Source: Bacillota bacterium
Lineage (GTDB): Bacteria; Bacillota; Dehalobacteriia; UBA4068
DNA length: 64,000 nt
NCBI GenBank assembly: GCA_050949225.1
Contig: JBMNFI010000002.1
Span: 197,942-261,941, forward strand
Direction of reading: 5' to 3'
Positions 18,044 through 25,882 of this stretch are shown piece by piece. The stretch's first letter is position 1. Each line of letters begins with the position of its first letter. A program made the position numbers and the translations under genes. Below the pieces are notes generated by a model. The model was given only the letters and a program-made list of their open reading frames with translations. It ran no database searches and was not told the origin of the DNA.

Positions 18044-19373
18044 ATTTTTTAATTCTACTTTTCCCGGTTTTCCATGTAGTAATCAGTGTTTTTGTTTCGG
18101 GGTTAACCGCTACTGTCGCCCTTTGCCCAATAAATTGAATAGAAGGCTTCCCTGAAGCATTAATACTAACCTCTGTTATGTGTAACGGGGTCTTTAAAGC
18201 CTCTATTGCGGCACTTACTTCAACAGCACGTTCCTCCCCTCGAGCTATCAAATGAGGGTTTATATGCTCTATAGTTAGTCCGTTCTGTGCTTCTACTCCT
18301 ATTATACCCTGCCAGTCGCTTTCTTTCAACACATAATTTTTATACCATTCTTGATAGGTCATATCGCCCTTAACATATTGTATCTCACCATCTGCACCTC
18401 TAGCTGCCCGCTCAAACTCTTTGCTGAACTCATCATCAAAGTGCGGACAAGTAGTGCCACGACAGCGTGTATGAAAGGGCGGCACAGTCACTCCGGGAGA
18501 ATAATCCGCCATCTTAACAACCTTGCCGTCCATCTCTTGACAAATGGTGCAAACGAGGTCGTCAAGCGTCTCGACAACCTCCACCGCCTCCACATCGAGC
18601 TCTTTATAAGCCTCCTTTTGGCCGGCAGCCACAAAGTACGTTGTTTCCGTATCTAAAAGGGCAGCGGCTCTGTGCTTTTTAACACCGAACTTTGCAGCAA
18701 AATCCTTAACACCAACATACGGCGTTTCACCAGTCATCAAGTTACGCATCAGCTGCGACTGCAAATCGCCAATAAGCGTCTGTTTATCGCGCCATATTCG
18801 ATCACTAAAATTCAGGCCATCAACCGCCCAAGGCGTTTTGATCAAGCGGTTAATCGCCGCCACATCAAGCGGCGAGATTGACCAGACTGCCCCAACACCT
18901 TTTTGAACATTAAAAGCCGTCCGATAGTATGTATCATCTAAAATCTTACGCAATACTTCATCTGTTAGGGCGTATTCCCTAGCATATAAAACCTCAACAG
19001 CCTGCTGCATCTCAATTTTGAGAGCCTCTAAGCGCGAGATATGAACACGAGCTGCAGCGTTTTCCAGCTGCTGAATCCATTTGCCATTGACTTCTGCCTC
19101 TTGTCCTCTGGCAATGTATTCTTCAAGCGTCCATTTAAATTCTTTTAATTCACCGGCAGAAAGTCTTTTATGCGCTTCAGCCAATGGAATTTTATTATTT
19201 TTAGCAAATTGCGTATACCAACGAGAGATTTTATCATCAACCATGTGCATCGCCCTTGTATACTCTTTATTTATCTCTTCCAGCGCAAGAGAAGCAGTTT
19301 GGTGGGCATCTCTGGCAACGTCCTCTGATCGTTTGGTCCAATAAGCCGCACTCCGCTTGAGTAACTCTGTCAT
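18027..19373 (-). CDS. phage head morphogenesis protein, SPP1 gp7 / Mu F family, with a C-terminal extension
   Basis: MuF-family motif ..CTICQEMDGKVV...PPFHTRCRGTTCP. Sits downstream of the portal gene. About 100 C-terminal residues extend beyond the MuF core. Confidence 0.8.
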   Translation of the reverse strand: MTELLKRSAAYWTKRSEDVARDAHQTASLALEEINKEYTRAMHMVDDKISRWYTQFAKNNKIPLAEAHKRLSAGELKEFKWTLEEYIARGQEAEVNGKWIQQLENAAARVHISRLEALKIEMQQAVEVLYAREYALTDEVLRKILDDTYYRTAFNVQKGVGAVWSISPLDVAAINRLIKTPWAVDGLNFSDRIWRDKQTLIGDLQSQLMRNLMTGETPYVGVKDFAAKFGVKKHRAAALLDTETTYFVAAGQKEAYKELDVEAVEVVETLDDLVCTICQEMDGKVVKMADYSPGVTVPPFHTRCRGTTCPHFDDEFSKEFERAARGADGEIQYVKGDMTYQEWYKNYVLKESDWQGIIGVEAQNGLTIEHINPHLIARGEERAVEVSAAIEALKTPLHITEVSINASGKPSIQFIGQRATVAVNPETKTLITTWKTGKSRIKKYGKGE

Positions 19374-19376
19374 CGG

Positions 19377-20885
19377 CTACTCACCTCTTTTGTCCGGCTC
19401 GTCTTCCTCTTTTGTGGAGCTCCAGTCAGTAGGGTAAGCGTCTTCCTCTCTAACTCTTTCAGCCTCAATGCGTTTCATCTCTTTTTCTACATCAGAAATC
19501 CACGGGTGATTACTGATTGCGGTTTCTTTCGATATTAAGGCAGTAGAATTGAGGCAGTTTGCGATAATTTCACTTTCATTGATCATAATGTCACGATTGA
19601 AAATGAAGTCGATCTTCTCGTTTTCAAAATCGCCCTTGCCTTTGGTAGCCAAATAGTTGTTAACAAACCACAATAGGCTCTCCATGGCTGCTTGGTATTC
19701 CGTTTCCATACCGTTTGCATCAAGATCAATGTCACTGTACATGCTCTGGATGTTCATCTGATTAGGGCTGCCGCCCATCATGCGATCATCTTTGGCATCA
19801 TAGCCCATGGCATTTTCGATAATAGCCTTTTTAAACATATCAACAATCGATTCATAGTTTTTAGCATTGACCTCGATGTGGATACTATCTAAACCACCTG
19901 ATTGACCATCAAAAGATTTAACCTTAACTGCACGATACTGCATCAAATTATGCCTAAACGTGCCCAGATCTTCGCCATCATAGTTCTTTAATACAAGAAT
20001 CGAGCTCTGGCCGTCTTCCTGCATAGCGTTTTGAAAATCCGACATCATCAAGTTTAACGAATCTTGTAAATTTTTAACTTTAACAATCAAAGGAATTTCT
20101 TTGGAGTTGTGCTTAAAAGGTATCAATGGCAAACGCTCCCAATGCACCCCTTGCTCTACCGTCCCCCTTCTGTCCTCAGCACTATTGTTAACGACTATAG
20201 AGGCATAGTGGCTAAAAGGGTTAAGGCTATCTGTGATAAGACGTTCTTCTTTATCGTCCCAATCATAATATTCAATACCTTTGAGCGTGTAAACTTCAAC
20301 TTTTTTCTTAATCTTTTCCTCAGTGCCCTCATACTCAATCACTTCATAAATACGAATGGCGTACTCAAGGTCTGTATGCTCTGCATCTTTCCAACTGGGG
20401 ATAATTTCCCAGGGCGAAAAACGCCTAAAAGCAAGCTCTGATTGTTCATCATAATAAACATACAACCAGGCTAAGCCGCAATTAAGCGAATCAGTGCCCA
20501 TACTCCGCAATAATTTGTGAAAACGCTTGTCAAACAGTTCAGATAAGGCCTCTTGATATTCCGCGCTTTCTGTATCAAGCGTTAAGACTTGGCCGACAAA
20601 ATAATTTGTTTTTTGATCAACCATTTTAGCATACTGGTTATGGACAGTACGATTATTGGGCAAGTTTTCTACCGGCTCCAACCTGCCACTTTTGCCAATG
20701 ACCGTACGTTTACGTTGTAAAATATCGTGCTCCCCACGATAATACTTTTCGCCGGTAAGCATAGTTTTGCGTGCTTTAGAGCTTAACCAATTCTTGATTT
20801 GCTGTTCAAGAATCTCTTTTTTGGTCAAGGCGGTTTTGGCATGCGCCTCTATTTTTCTATTAATAAGTTGCGTATCAGTTATCAT
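19377..20885 (-). CDS. phage portal protein (SPP1 gp6-like)
   Basis: 502 aa between TerL and the MuF protein, with typical portal size and composition. Acidic C-terminus. Confidence 0.8.
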   Translation of the reverse strand: MITDTQLINRKIEAHAKTALTKKEILEQQIKNWLSSKARKTMLTGEKYYRGEHDILQRKRTVIGKSGRLEPVENLPNNRTVHNQYAKMVDQKTNYFVGQVLTLDTESAEYQEALSELFDKRFHKLLRSMGTDSLNCGLAWLYVYYDEQSELAFRRFSPWEIIPSWKDAEHTDLEYAIRIYEVIEYEGTEEKIKKKVEVYTLKGIEYYDWDDKEERLITDSLNPFSHYASIVVNNSAEDRRGTVEQGVHWERLPLIPFKHNSKEIPLIVKVKNLQDSLNLMMSDFQNAMQEDGQSSILVLKNYDGEDLGTFRHNLMQYRAVKVKSFDGQSGGLDSIHIEVNAKNYESIVDMFKKAIIENAMGYDAKDDRMMGGSPNQMNIQSMYSDIDLDANGMETEYQAAMESLLWFVNNYLATKGKGDFENEKIDFIFNRDIMINESEIIANCLNSTALISKETAISNHPWISDVEKEMKRIEAERVREEDAYPTDWSSTKEEDEPDKRGE

Positions 20886-20900
20886 CTGATCACCTTTCTT

Positions 20901-22166
20901 TTAATCAAAGCTAAACAGTGACCCTTTGGCCAATTCTTCGAGGGCATATCTCATGGCGTCCATCAAATGGTTAAAATCATCTATTGGTCTGTTAAGGACA
21001 ACGCCCTCGCGGTTTGTATCCCAAATATAATTTGACAGCTCCATCACCGTGTTAGTGCAAGAGGGGTGCACGATAATTTTATAGCCCTGTACGTGTTGGA
21101 TGCCGTGCCTAATACTGTCAGGCCCTTTTCTTGCCGCCCTGATATGCGGAATGTCAGCATCCCTTAGCTCTTGTATTGACTTTGGCTCTGCGCTATCCGC
21201 GATAATTGTTTCTTTACGATAACCTTTGTTGATGATGTGCTCAGCAATCATTTGGTTTGTCAGTTGTTTTTTATAAAATTCATCGAAAACATAGATCTCT
21301 TTGGCTTTTTGATCAACCGCCATTGCAATAAATGCTGATGGGTCGTTGGTATAACCAAAGTCTAAGCCAAAAGTCGTCTTGAGGTACGGTCGCTTTTTGA
21401 GTAATTCTGCTATTTTAAAGTCGTGCTCTTCCCAATTGTCATAAATCAGACCTTCGGCAATGCCCCAATTCCCCAACCCCTCAACCTGATAGCGGCGCGG
21501 TTGGTTGATGCGCATTTCCTCAAAAACCTGTTTATCCGCCTCATCTAAAAATTCATTACACATAAAATTTGTTGTATCGGCAAAAATTAAGTCACTTTCT
21601 GTATCAAAAAACCGTTTTTTAATCCAATGCTTGTCCGACCATGGATTAAACGTCAGTGTCAGCTGTTTAAAATAGCCTTCCGGCACAATGCCGCGCAGCG
21701 AAGTGTCCAGTTTGTTAAAATCAGCCTCATTCATAATCTGGAAGGCCTCTTCAATCCAAAACCAACACAATACGCCTTTATCAACGGTGATTGAGGTGAT
21801 GCTCTGCGGGTCATCCATGCCGCGAAACAGAATCTTTTGACCTGTTGGCTTGTATCTAATTTCCATAGGGTTTTTACTAAACCCCCAAGCATCCGCCGCC
21901 CCTAAACGATTAATCGCCCAAATTAACTGGGCGAAGGTTGAGTCTTTATGGGTGTTGAAATACCGTCGGACAACCAGCAGATTTGCTTCTGGGTATTTCA
22001 TCAGGTTATATATACACCAAAGGGCAGTCGTACAGCTTTTCTTACTGCCACGACCACCTTTTAGTACTCTATATCGTACTTTTGAGTGCCAAAACGAGGA
22101 ATACCCTCTGCCGATAACGCTCGGTAAGTGAATCCTAGGACGCTCAATCCTCGAGTTCATTTTCAC
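20901..22166 (-). CDS. terL: phage terminase large subunit (PBSX/terminase_6-like)
   Basis: N-terminal Walker A (KGGRGSKKS), ATPase followed by a nuclease domain with conserved acidic residues. 23-nt overlap with terS. Confidence 0.88.
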   Translation of the reverse strand: MKMNSRIERPRIHLPSVIGRGYSSFWHSKVRYRVLKGGRGSKKSCTTALWCIYNLMKYPEANLLVVRRYFNTHKDSTFAQLIWAINRLGAADAWGFSKNPMEIRYKPTGQKILFRGMDDPQSITSITVDKGVLCWFWIEEAFQIMNEADFNKLDTSLRGIVPEGYFKQLTLTFNPWSDKHWIKKRFFDTESDLIFADTTNFMCNEFLDEADKQVFEEMRINQPRRYQVEGLGNWGIAEGLIYDNWEEHDFKIAELLKKRPYLKTTFGLDFGYTNDPSAFIAMAVDQKAKEIYVFDEFYKKQLTNQMIAEHIINKGYRKETIIADSAEPKSIQELRDADIPHIRAARKGPDSIRHGIQHVQGYKIIVHPSCTNTVMELSNYIWDTNREGVVLNRPIDDFNHLMDAMRYALEELAKGSLFSFD

Positions 22167-22638
22167 CTTCGAAAACAGGCATTGTAATATTTATATTAGA
22201 CGTTGTAGCCCACATATCGTGGTATTTGCCGATCAATTCAAGCGCTTTATTGGCATCGGCAGTCTTGTTTGGCACTTCAACAACTTCGGCAGTCTGCCTT
22301 TCAGTAGTAATCTTTCGTCCTTTGCTGTTATAATCGCTGTCTTTGTGGGTCAATGTAACAACGACACTCTCCATATCTTTACGACGGCCTATGTTCGTCA
22401 GGCGCATCAAAATCTCTGATACGCCGGCAACACATTCGTCCTCTACTTTGGACATTAATTCATTTTTATAATCAATGATATGCGGCATTTGCAACAAATT
22501 GCAAGTCGTGACAGCAAGAGATCGAGGCTTACCTTTATAACCTGCATCTCTTGCGGCTTTTTCCCTATCCAAACCGTTAGCCACATAGTTTTGAACAAAC
22601 AGCTTTTGTTGATCAGTTATTTGTTTCTTTTTAATCAC
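22144..22638 (-). CDS. terS: phage terminase small subunit (HTH DNA-binding)
   Basis: 164 aa. N-terminal HTH region (QQKLFVQNYVANGLDREKAARDAGYKG) is typical of TerS. Immediately upstream of terL. Confidence 0.7.
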   Translation of the reverse strand: MIKKKQITDQQKLFVQNYVANGLDREKAARDAGYKGKPRSLAVTTCNLLQMPHIIDYKNELMSKVEDECVAGVSEILMRLTNIGRRKDMESVVVTLTHKDSDYNSKGRKITTERQTAEVVEVPNKTADANKALELIGKYHDMWATTSNINITMPVFEGENELED

Positions 22639-22655
22639 TTAAAATCACTTCCTTT

Positions 22656-23225
22656 TTACGCCGTTCTGCGCCACATGTAACATGTGATATATGGCGGTAA
22701 ATTGCCGCTGTTTCCTGAACCGGAGTAGCCCGTGTTGCCTGTTACTGGGTGGTCGTGTTTGGCATCAATTGCTATTCTGTCGGCATTACGTGCTGCTGTT
22801 TTTATTTCCACATTGGAATTCAAACTGATTCCGCCCTGCACATCATACGACAGTATCCCCGACGAATGGACAGGAAAACCTTGTGATCCACCTGTTAAGG
22901 TCCTGATATCGATCGTACCTGATAAGGCTTTTTCTGATGTTGTCAATGTTCCGTTATCATGTCTGTGGCTGTCTAGATACTTACTACCGCCTGTCTTTTG
23001 TGGGGTATTAAACTCTGCTTGTGTCGTATCCACCCCCACAGGCACTCTACCCGTTCCCCATGCGACCCATGTTCCACCCAATAGACTGCCTGGATTGGTT
23101 GCATTTACAGACATATATATTGCTCCTACGGGGTATGCTTTGTCTATATTAAAAGACTTACCATCGACATAGGCTTTGATTTTTTGCCAAAGATACAGTA
23201 ATCCATTATTGTCTAAAATTTTCAT
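22656..23225 (-). CDS. phage tail-fibre / receptor-binding-like protein (paralogue of 23239..23817)
   Basis: Start ATG 23225 preceded by AGGCGGTGG. Its N-terminus MKILDNNGLLYLWQKIKAYVD is shared with the upstream paralogue while the C-terminus is divergent and Gly/Thr/Ser-rich. Confidence 0.5.
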   Translation of the reverse strand: MKILDNNGLLYLWQKIKAYVDGKSFNIDKAYPVGAIYMSVNATNPGSLLGGTWVAWGTGRVPVGVDTTQAEFNTPQKTGGSKYLDSHRHDNGTLTTSEKALSGTIDIRTLTGGSQGFPVHSSGILSYDVQGGISLNSNVEIKTAARNADRIAIDAKHDHPVTGNTGYSGSGNSGNLPPYITCYMWRRTA

Positions 23226-23238
23226 TTTATGCCACCGC

Positions 23239-23817
23239 CTAACTGGCCATGATGGTATCGATTTCAGCATTTGTAATTGCCGCCAAATCATTAAACGTGA
23301 CATAGTCTGTCAAATCAACATCCGTTGAACCGATTTTCTCGTACGCTGATAAATCTGTCAGCCAAATATATTCATCGTAGCTGCCTCCGGAATTAGCCAC
23401 CAGATAAATTATGCCTTTCACTCCTTGTGTGGGCAAGGTCGCAACAATCTGAAAATCAATGCTTGTGATCCCCGACAAGGCGCTATTAATCGCTGTCTGC
23501 ACTTGGCTAGAGGTTTGATATCCCGCCCCATTTGTCAGCTGGTTGTTATTTGTTGGGATTTGATTAGCTGCCGCAATCCCAAGACCCGCTTTTGTTAAAG
23601 TGCCAGTGATTGTTGTGCCGTCAAGAGTTGGCTTGTTGACAATGGTTGTATAATCCGGCGCATTGATTAATCCAAGCAGTGCGTCGGTTAAGTCATTAGT
23701 TGACAGCCCCATATTTTCTACTTTATCAACTTTACTGTTAATTAAACTTTTGAGTTTTTGATTGTAGTATAATAGCCCGTTTTCATCCAAATATTTTTTA
23801 GGTGTCATGTTTTTCAC
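23239..23817 (-). CDS. phage tail-fibre / receptor-binding-like protein
   Basis: Conserved N-terminal KKYLDENGLLYYNQKLKSL followed by a Thr/Gly/Asn-rich variable region, as in siphovirus fibre proteins. Confidence 0.5.
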   Translation of the reverse strand: MKNMTPKKYLDENGLLYYNQKLKSLINSKVDKVENMGLSTNDLTDALLGLINAPDYTTIVNKPTLDGTTITGTLTKAGLGIAAANQIPTNNNQLTNGAGYQTSSQVQTAINSALSGITSIDFQIVATLPTQGVKGIIYLVANSGGSYDEYIWLTDLSAYEKIGSTDVDLTDYVTFNDLAAITNAEIDTIMAS

Positions 23818-23820
23818 TCC

Positions 23821-24075
23821 TTAAAATTGATTATTAATAATTTCTTCAATCTCCATATTTGTCAAACTGTCTTCCGCTAAATTCCGATTACCCTTCAAGG
23901 CAACCGCATTAATTGACGGTAGGTTTTCCAGCTCGTTATAGTCACTTGTCATAATGTATTCTGTGACTATATCGCTGTCCAAAACCAGCGAACTCTCACT
24001 CTGCCCGGACAGATCAATGACAAAATCCTCTTCTTCTGCTAATTTTATTTTTTCATCCATAACGCACCACCTCAT
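23821..24075 (-). CDS. hypothetical small acidic protein (phage-associated)
   Basis: 84-aa ORF, first gene pair of the leftward operon, 4-nt overlap with the upstream ORF. Confidence 0.4.
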   Translation of the reverse strand: MRWCVMDEKIKLAEEEDFVIDLSGQSESSLVLDSDIVTEYIMTSDYNELENLPSINAVALKGNRNLAEDSLTNMEIEEIINNQF

Positions 24076-24281
24076 TCATTCTCTGCAAACGTGATCTCCG
24101 GCAGAATTTCTAACTCCCCCAAAACCGTCTGCTTATAGGTTGGGTTAGCCCTATATAACTGGATATCAAAATAATATTTGCCAAAATGAAGGCTGTCCGT
24201 CTCTTCCGGCAAAATAACAAAGTGGTAACGACCTTCTTCGTCCTTTGTTATCTCATTTCGGCTGAGGCGTTTTTGAAACAA
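24072..24281 (-). CDS. hypothetical small protein (phage-associated)
   Basis: 69-aa ORF, translationally coupled with 23821..24075. Confidence 0.4.
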   Translation of the reverse strand: MFQKRLSRNEITKDEEGRYHFVILPEETDSLHFGKYYFDIQLYRANPTYKQTVLGELEILPEITFAENE

Positions 24282-24287
24282 AAAATC

Positions 24288-24316
24288 TTGACTACACGTG
24301 TTACACGTGTTATTCT
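24288..24316 (+). promoter_or_regulatory. putative hicAB promoter with a tandem ACACGTGTT operator-like direct repeat in the spacer
   Basis: TTGACT (-35), then ACACGTGTTACACGTGT in a 17-bp spacer, then TATTCT (-10), about 25 nt upstream of the hicA ATG. Confidence 0.35.
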
Positions 24317-24341
24317 ATGTATAGAGCGAAGGTGCTAACAA

Positions 24342-24506
24342 ATGAAATTCCGGGAACTCGAAAAGATCATAAAAGCGGATGGCTGGGAGCATATTAAGAC
24401 AGTAGGATCATATCACCAGTACAAGCACCCAGCAAAACCCGGAAAGGTTACGATACCGTACTCAAACAAAGATTTAAAATTAAACACCATAAATAGAAAG
24501 GACTGA
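24342..24506 (+). CDS. hicA: type II toxin HicA (mRNA interferase), 54 aa; not in the ORF track because it is under 60 aa
   Basis: Translation MKFRELEKIIKADGWEHIKTVGSYHQYKHPAKPGKVTIPYSNKDLKLNTINRKD matches the HicA consensus (ELxKLLxxDGW..xGSHHxxKHPxxPG.VTVP). Sits immediately upstream of hicB. Confidence 0.75.
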   Translation: MKFRELEKIIKADGWEHIKTVGSYHQYKHPAKPGKVTIPYSNKDLKLNTINRKD

Positions 24507-24511
24507 ACAAT

Positions 24512-24913
24512 ATGAAACTTATATATCCTGCCTGCCTTTATCCTTGTGAAGAGGGTGGTTACACTGTGGTCTTTCCTGATCTGCCCGGTTGTGTAACTGA
24601 AGGGGATACTTTAGAAGATGCCCTTGATATGGCCGCTGATGCTGCCTGTGGTTGGATACTAGGAGAGACTGAGGATGACAATCCTTTCCCCTCTGCCTCA
24701 GATATCAAAGGTATAATAGCAGATGAATACAAAGAAGGATTTACTTCCCTTATCCCTCTGGACATGGAGAAATACGCTAAAAACCATAGCAATAAGTCTG
24801 TTAATAAAACTTTAACTATACCGGCTTGGTTAAATACTGCTGCAGAAAAAGAGAATGTCAACTTCTCTCAGGTACTGCAAGAGGCACTAGCCAAAAAGCT
24901 TGACGCTATGTAA
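24512..24913 (+). CDS. hicB: type II antitoxin HicB
   Basis: N-terminus LIYPACLYPCEEGGYTVVFPDLPGCVTEGDTLEDALDMA is the HicB/UPF0150 RNase-H-like fold signature. C-terminal RHH-like DNA-binding tail. Confidence 0.85.
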   Translation: MKLIYPACLYPCEEGGYTVVFPDLPGCVTEGDTLEDALDMAADAACGWILGETEDDNPFPSASDIKGIIADEYKEGFTSLIPLDMEKYAKNHSNKSVNKTLTIPAWLNTAAEKENVNFSQVLQEALAKKLDAM

Positions 24914-24922
24914 AACAATATA

Positions 24923-25022
24923 GTCGCACCCCGCAGGGGGTGCGTGGATTGAAATAATTTGATCGCTTGGGTTCGTCGGCGATTGAGCTGTCGCACCCTG
25001 CAGGGGGTGCGTGGATTGAAAT
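24923..25022 (+). CRISPR. CRISPR mini-array: 2 repeats and 1 spacer (34 bp). The second repeat is degenerate (C to T at position 10), as expected for a trailer-end repeat
   Basis: Repeat at 24923..24955 is identical to the main-array repeat. The repeat at 24990..25022 has one mismatch. Same orientation as the main array 8.8 kb upstream. Confidence 0.9.
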
Positions 25023-25510
25023 TTTACAGTGGTGTTTTTTTCTACCGTTAGTAATTCAGCTGCCATGCGTTCAGCTTCTTGATTTGTGCCTCCGGCTCTA
25101 TTGTCTTTTGGTTTAACGTCTCAAAATACCAAAACGGCGATTTTTTATATAAAAAAGGAGCGCCTACGATTATAGGTACTCTTAATGTTATATCTGGGTA
25201 TGAAAAACCACCTCAAATAATCAAGGTGGTTTTACGGCAGCGCGTTAATTATGTATTTATATTCAAAAGCCTTTTTTGTCATTTGTTGTTTTTCATCAAG
25301 ACAGCACCGCAGCAAATAATCAGATGCTTTTTCCTCTATATCAAGCAACTGCTTTTCGGAAAACTCATTATTAGCAGGACAATTAAAGCCCGCTTCTGCT
25401 AATAATTCTTGCTGTCTTTTACTAAAATCTACTTTCATTATCCTACTCTCCTTTTCCATATTTTTTAATTCTACTTTTTCCGGTTTTCCATGTAGTAATT
25501 AGTGTTTTTA
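25023..25510. repeat. partial direct duplicate (with internal deletions) of 17345..18110: internal scaffold fragment, junction and small ORF
   Basis: Long near-identical stretches shared with 17352-17382, 17408-17428 and 17690-18110, for example CTCTTAATGTTATATCTGGGTATGAAAAACCACCTCAAA..AATCAAGGTGGTTTTACGGCA. Confidence 0.8.
25232..25459 (-). CDS. second copy of the 75-aa small protein (candidate immunity protein), now orphaned
   Basis: 73 of 75 residues identical to 17816..18043. The upstream MuF gene is absent except for its last few dozen nucleotides. Confidence 0.5.
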   Translation of the reverse strand: MEKESRIMKVDFSKRQQELLAEAGFNCPANNEFSEKQLLDIEEKASDYLLRCCLDEKQQMTKKAFEYKYIINALP

Positions 25511-25562
25511 TTATGAAAATCTATGAAAAAAACCACCCTGTTGTGGGGTGGCTTAATCGCTA

Positions 25563-25808
25563 TTAGTTTTCAAAATAGGGGTTTATATCTACTTGAGATC
25601 TAATTTCTACGCCATAATGCGCGGCATTTAAGACATTAACTTCTTTGCCATTAAGCAAATAGGATTGGATCTGAGAGCCGTCAACATCTTCCAAGTAATC
25701 ATTTTTTATTAACGCAGGTATATTTCTTTCGAGAGCAGCGCACTGCCTCTTGAAAATATCTTCGTCAAAAACATTACAAATCACATATTCATAATTGTAT
25801 TTATACAT
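25563..25808 (-). CDS. small paralogous protein A (about 80 aa), candidate orphan immunity protein
   Basis: Paralogue of 26348..26587 and 27399..27641 (shared ..C.VFD.DIF..QC.ALE.NIP.L...DY..DVD.SQIQ.Y.LN.K.V.VLN....GVE..S.VD..PYFEN). Followed by a hairpin and T-run terminator at about 25527-25553. Confidence 0.5.
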   Translation of the reverse strand: MYKYNYEYVICNVFDEDIFKRQCAALERNIPALIKNDYLEDVDGSQIQSYLLNGKEVNVLNAAHYGVEIRSQVDINPYFEN

Positions 25809-25882
25809 TTGCTAGCCCTCCTGTTTATACTTTCGATAATTTTCGTGGATGATCTATAAAGTGGTTTTAGCTAATATTCGTT

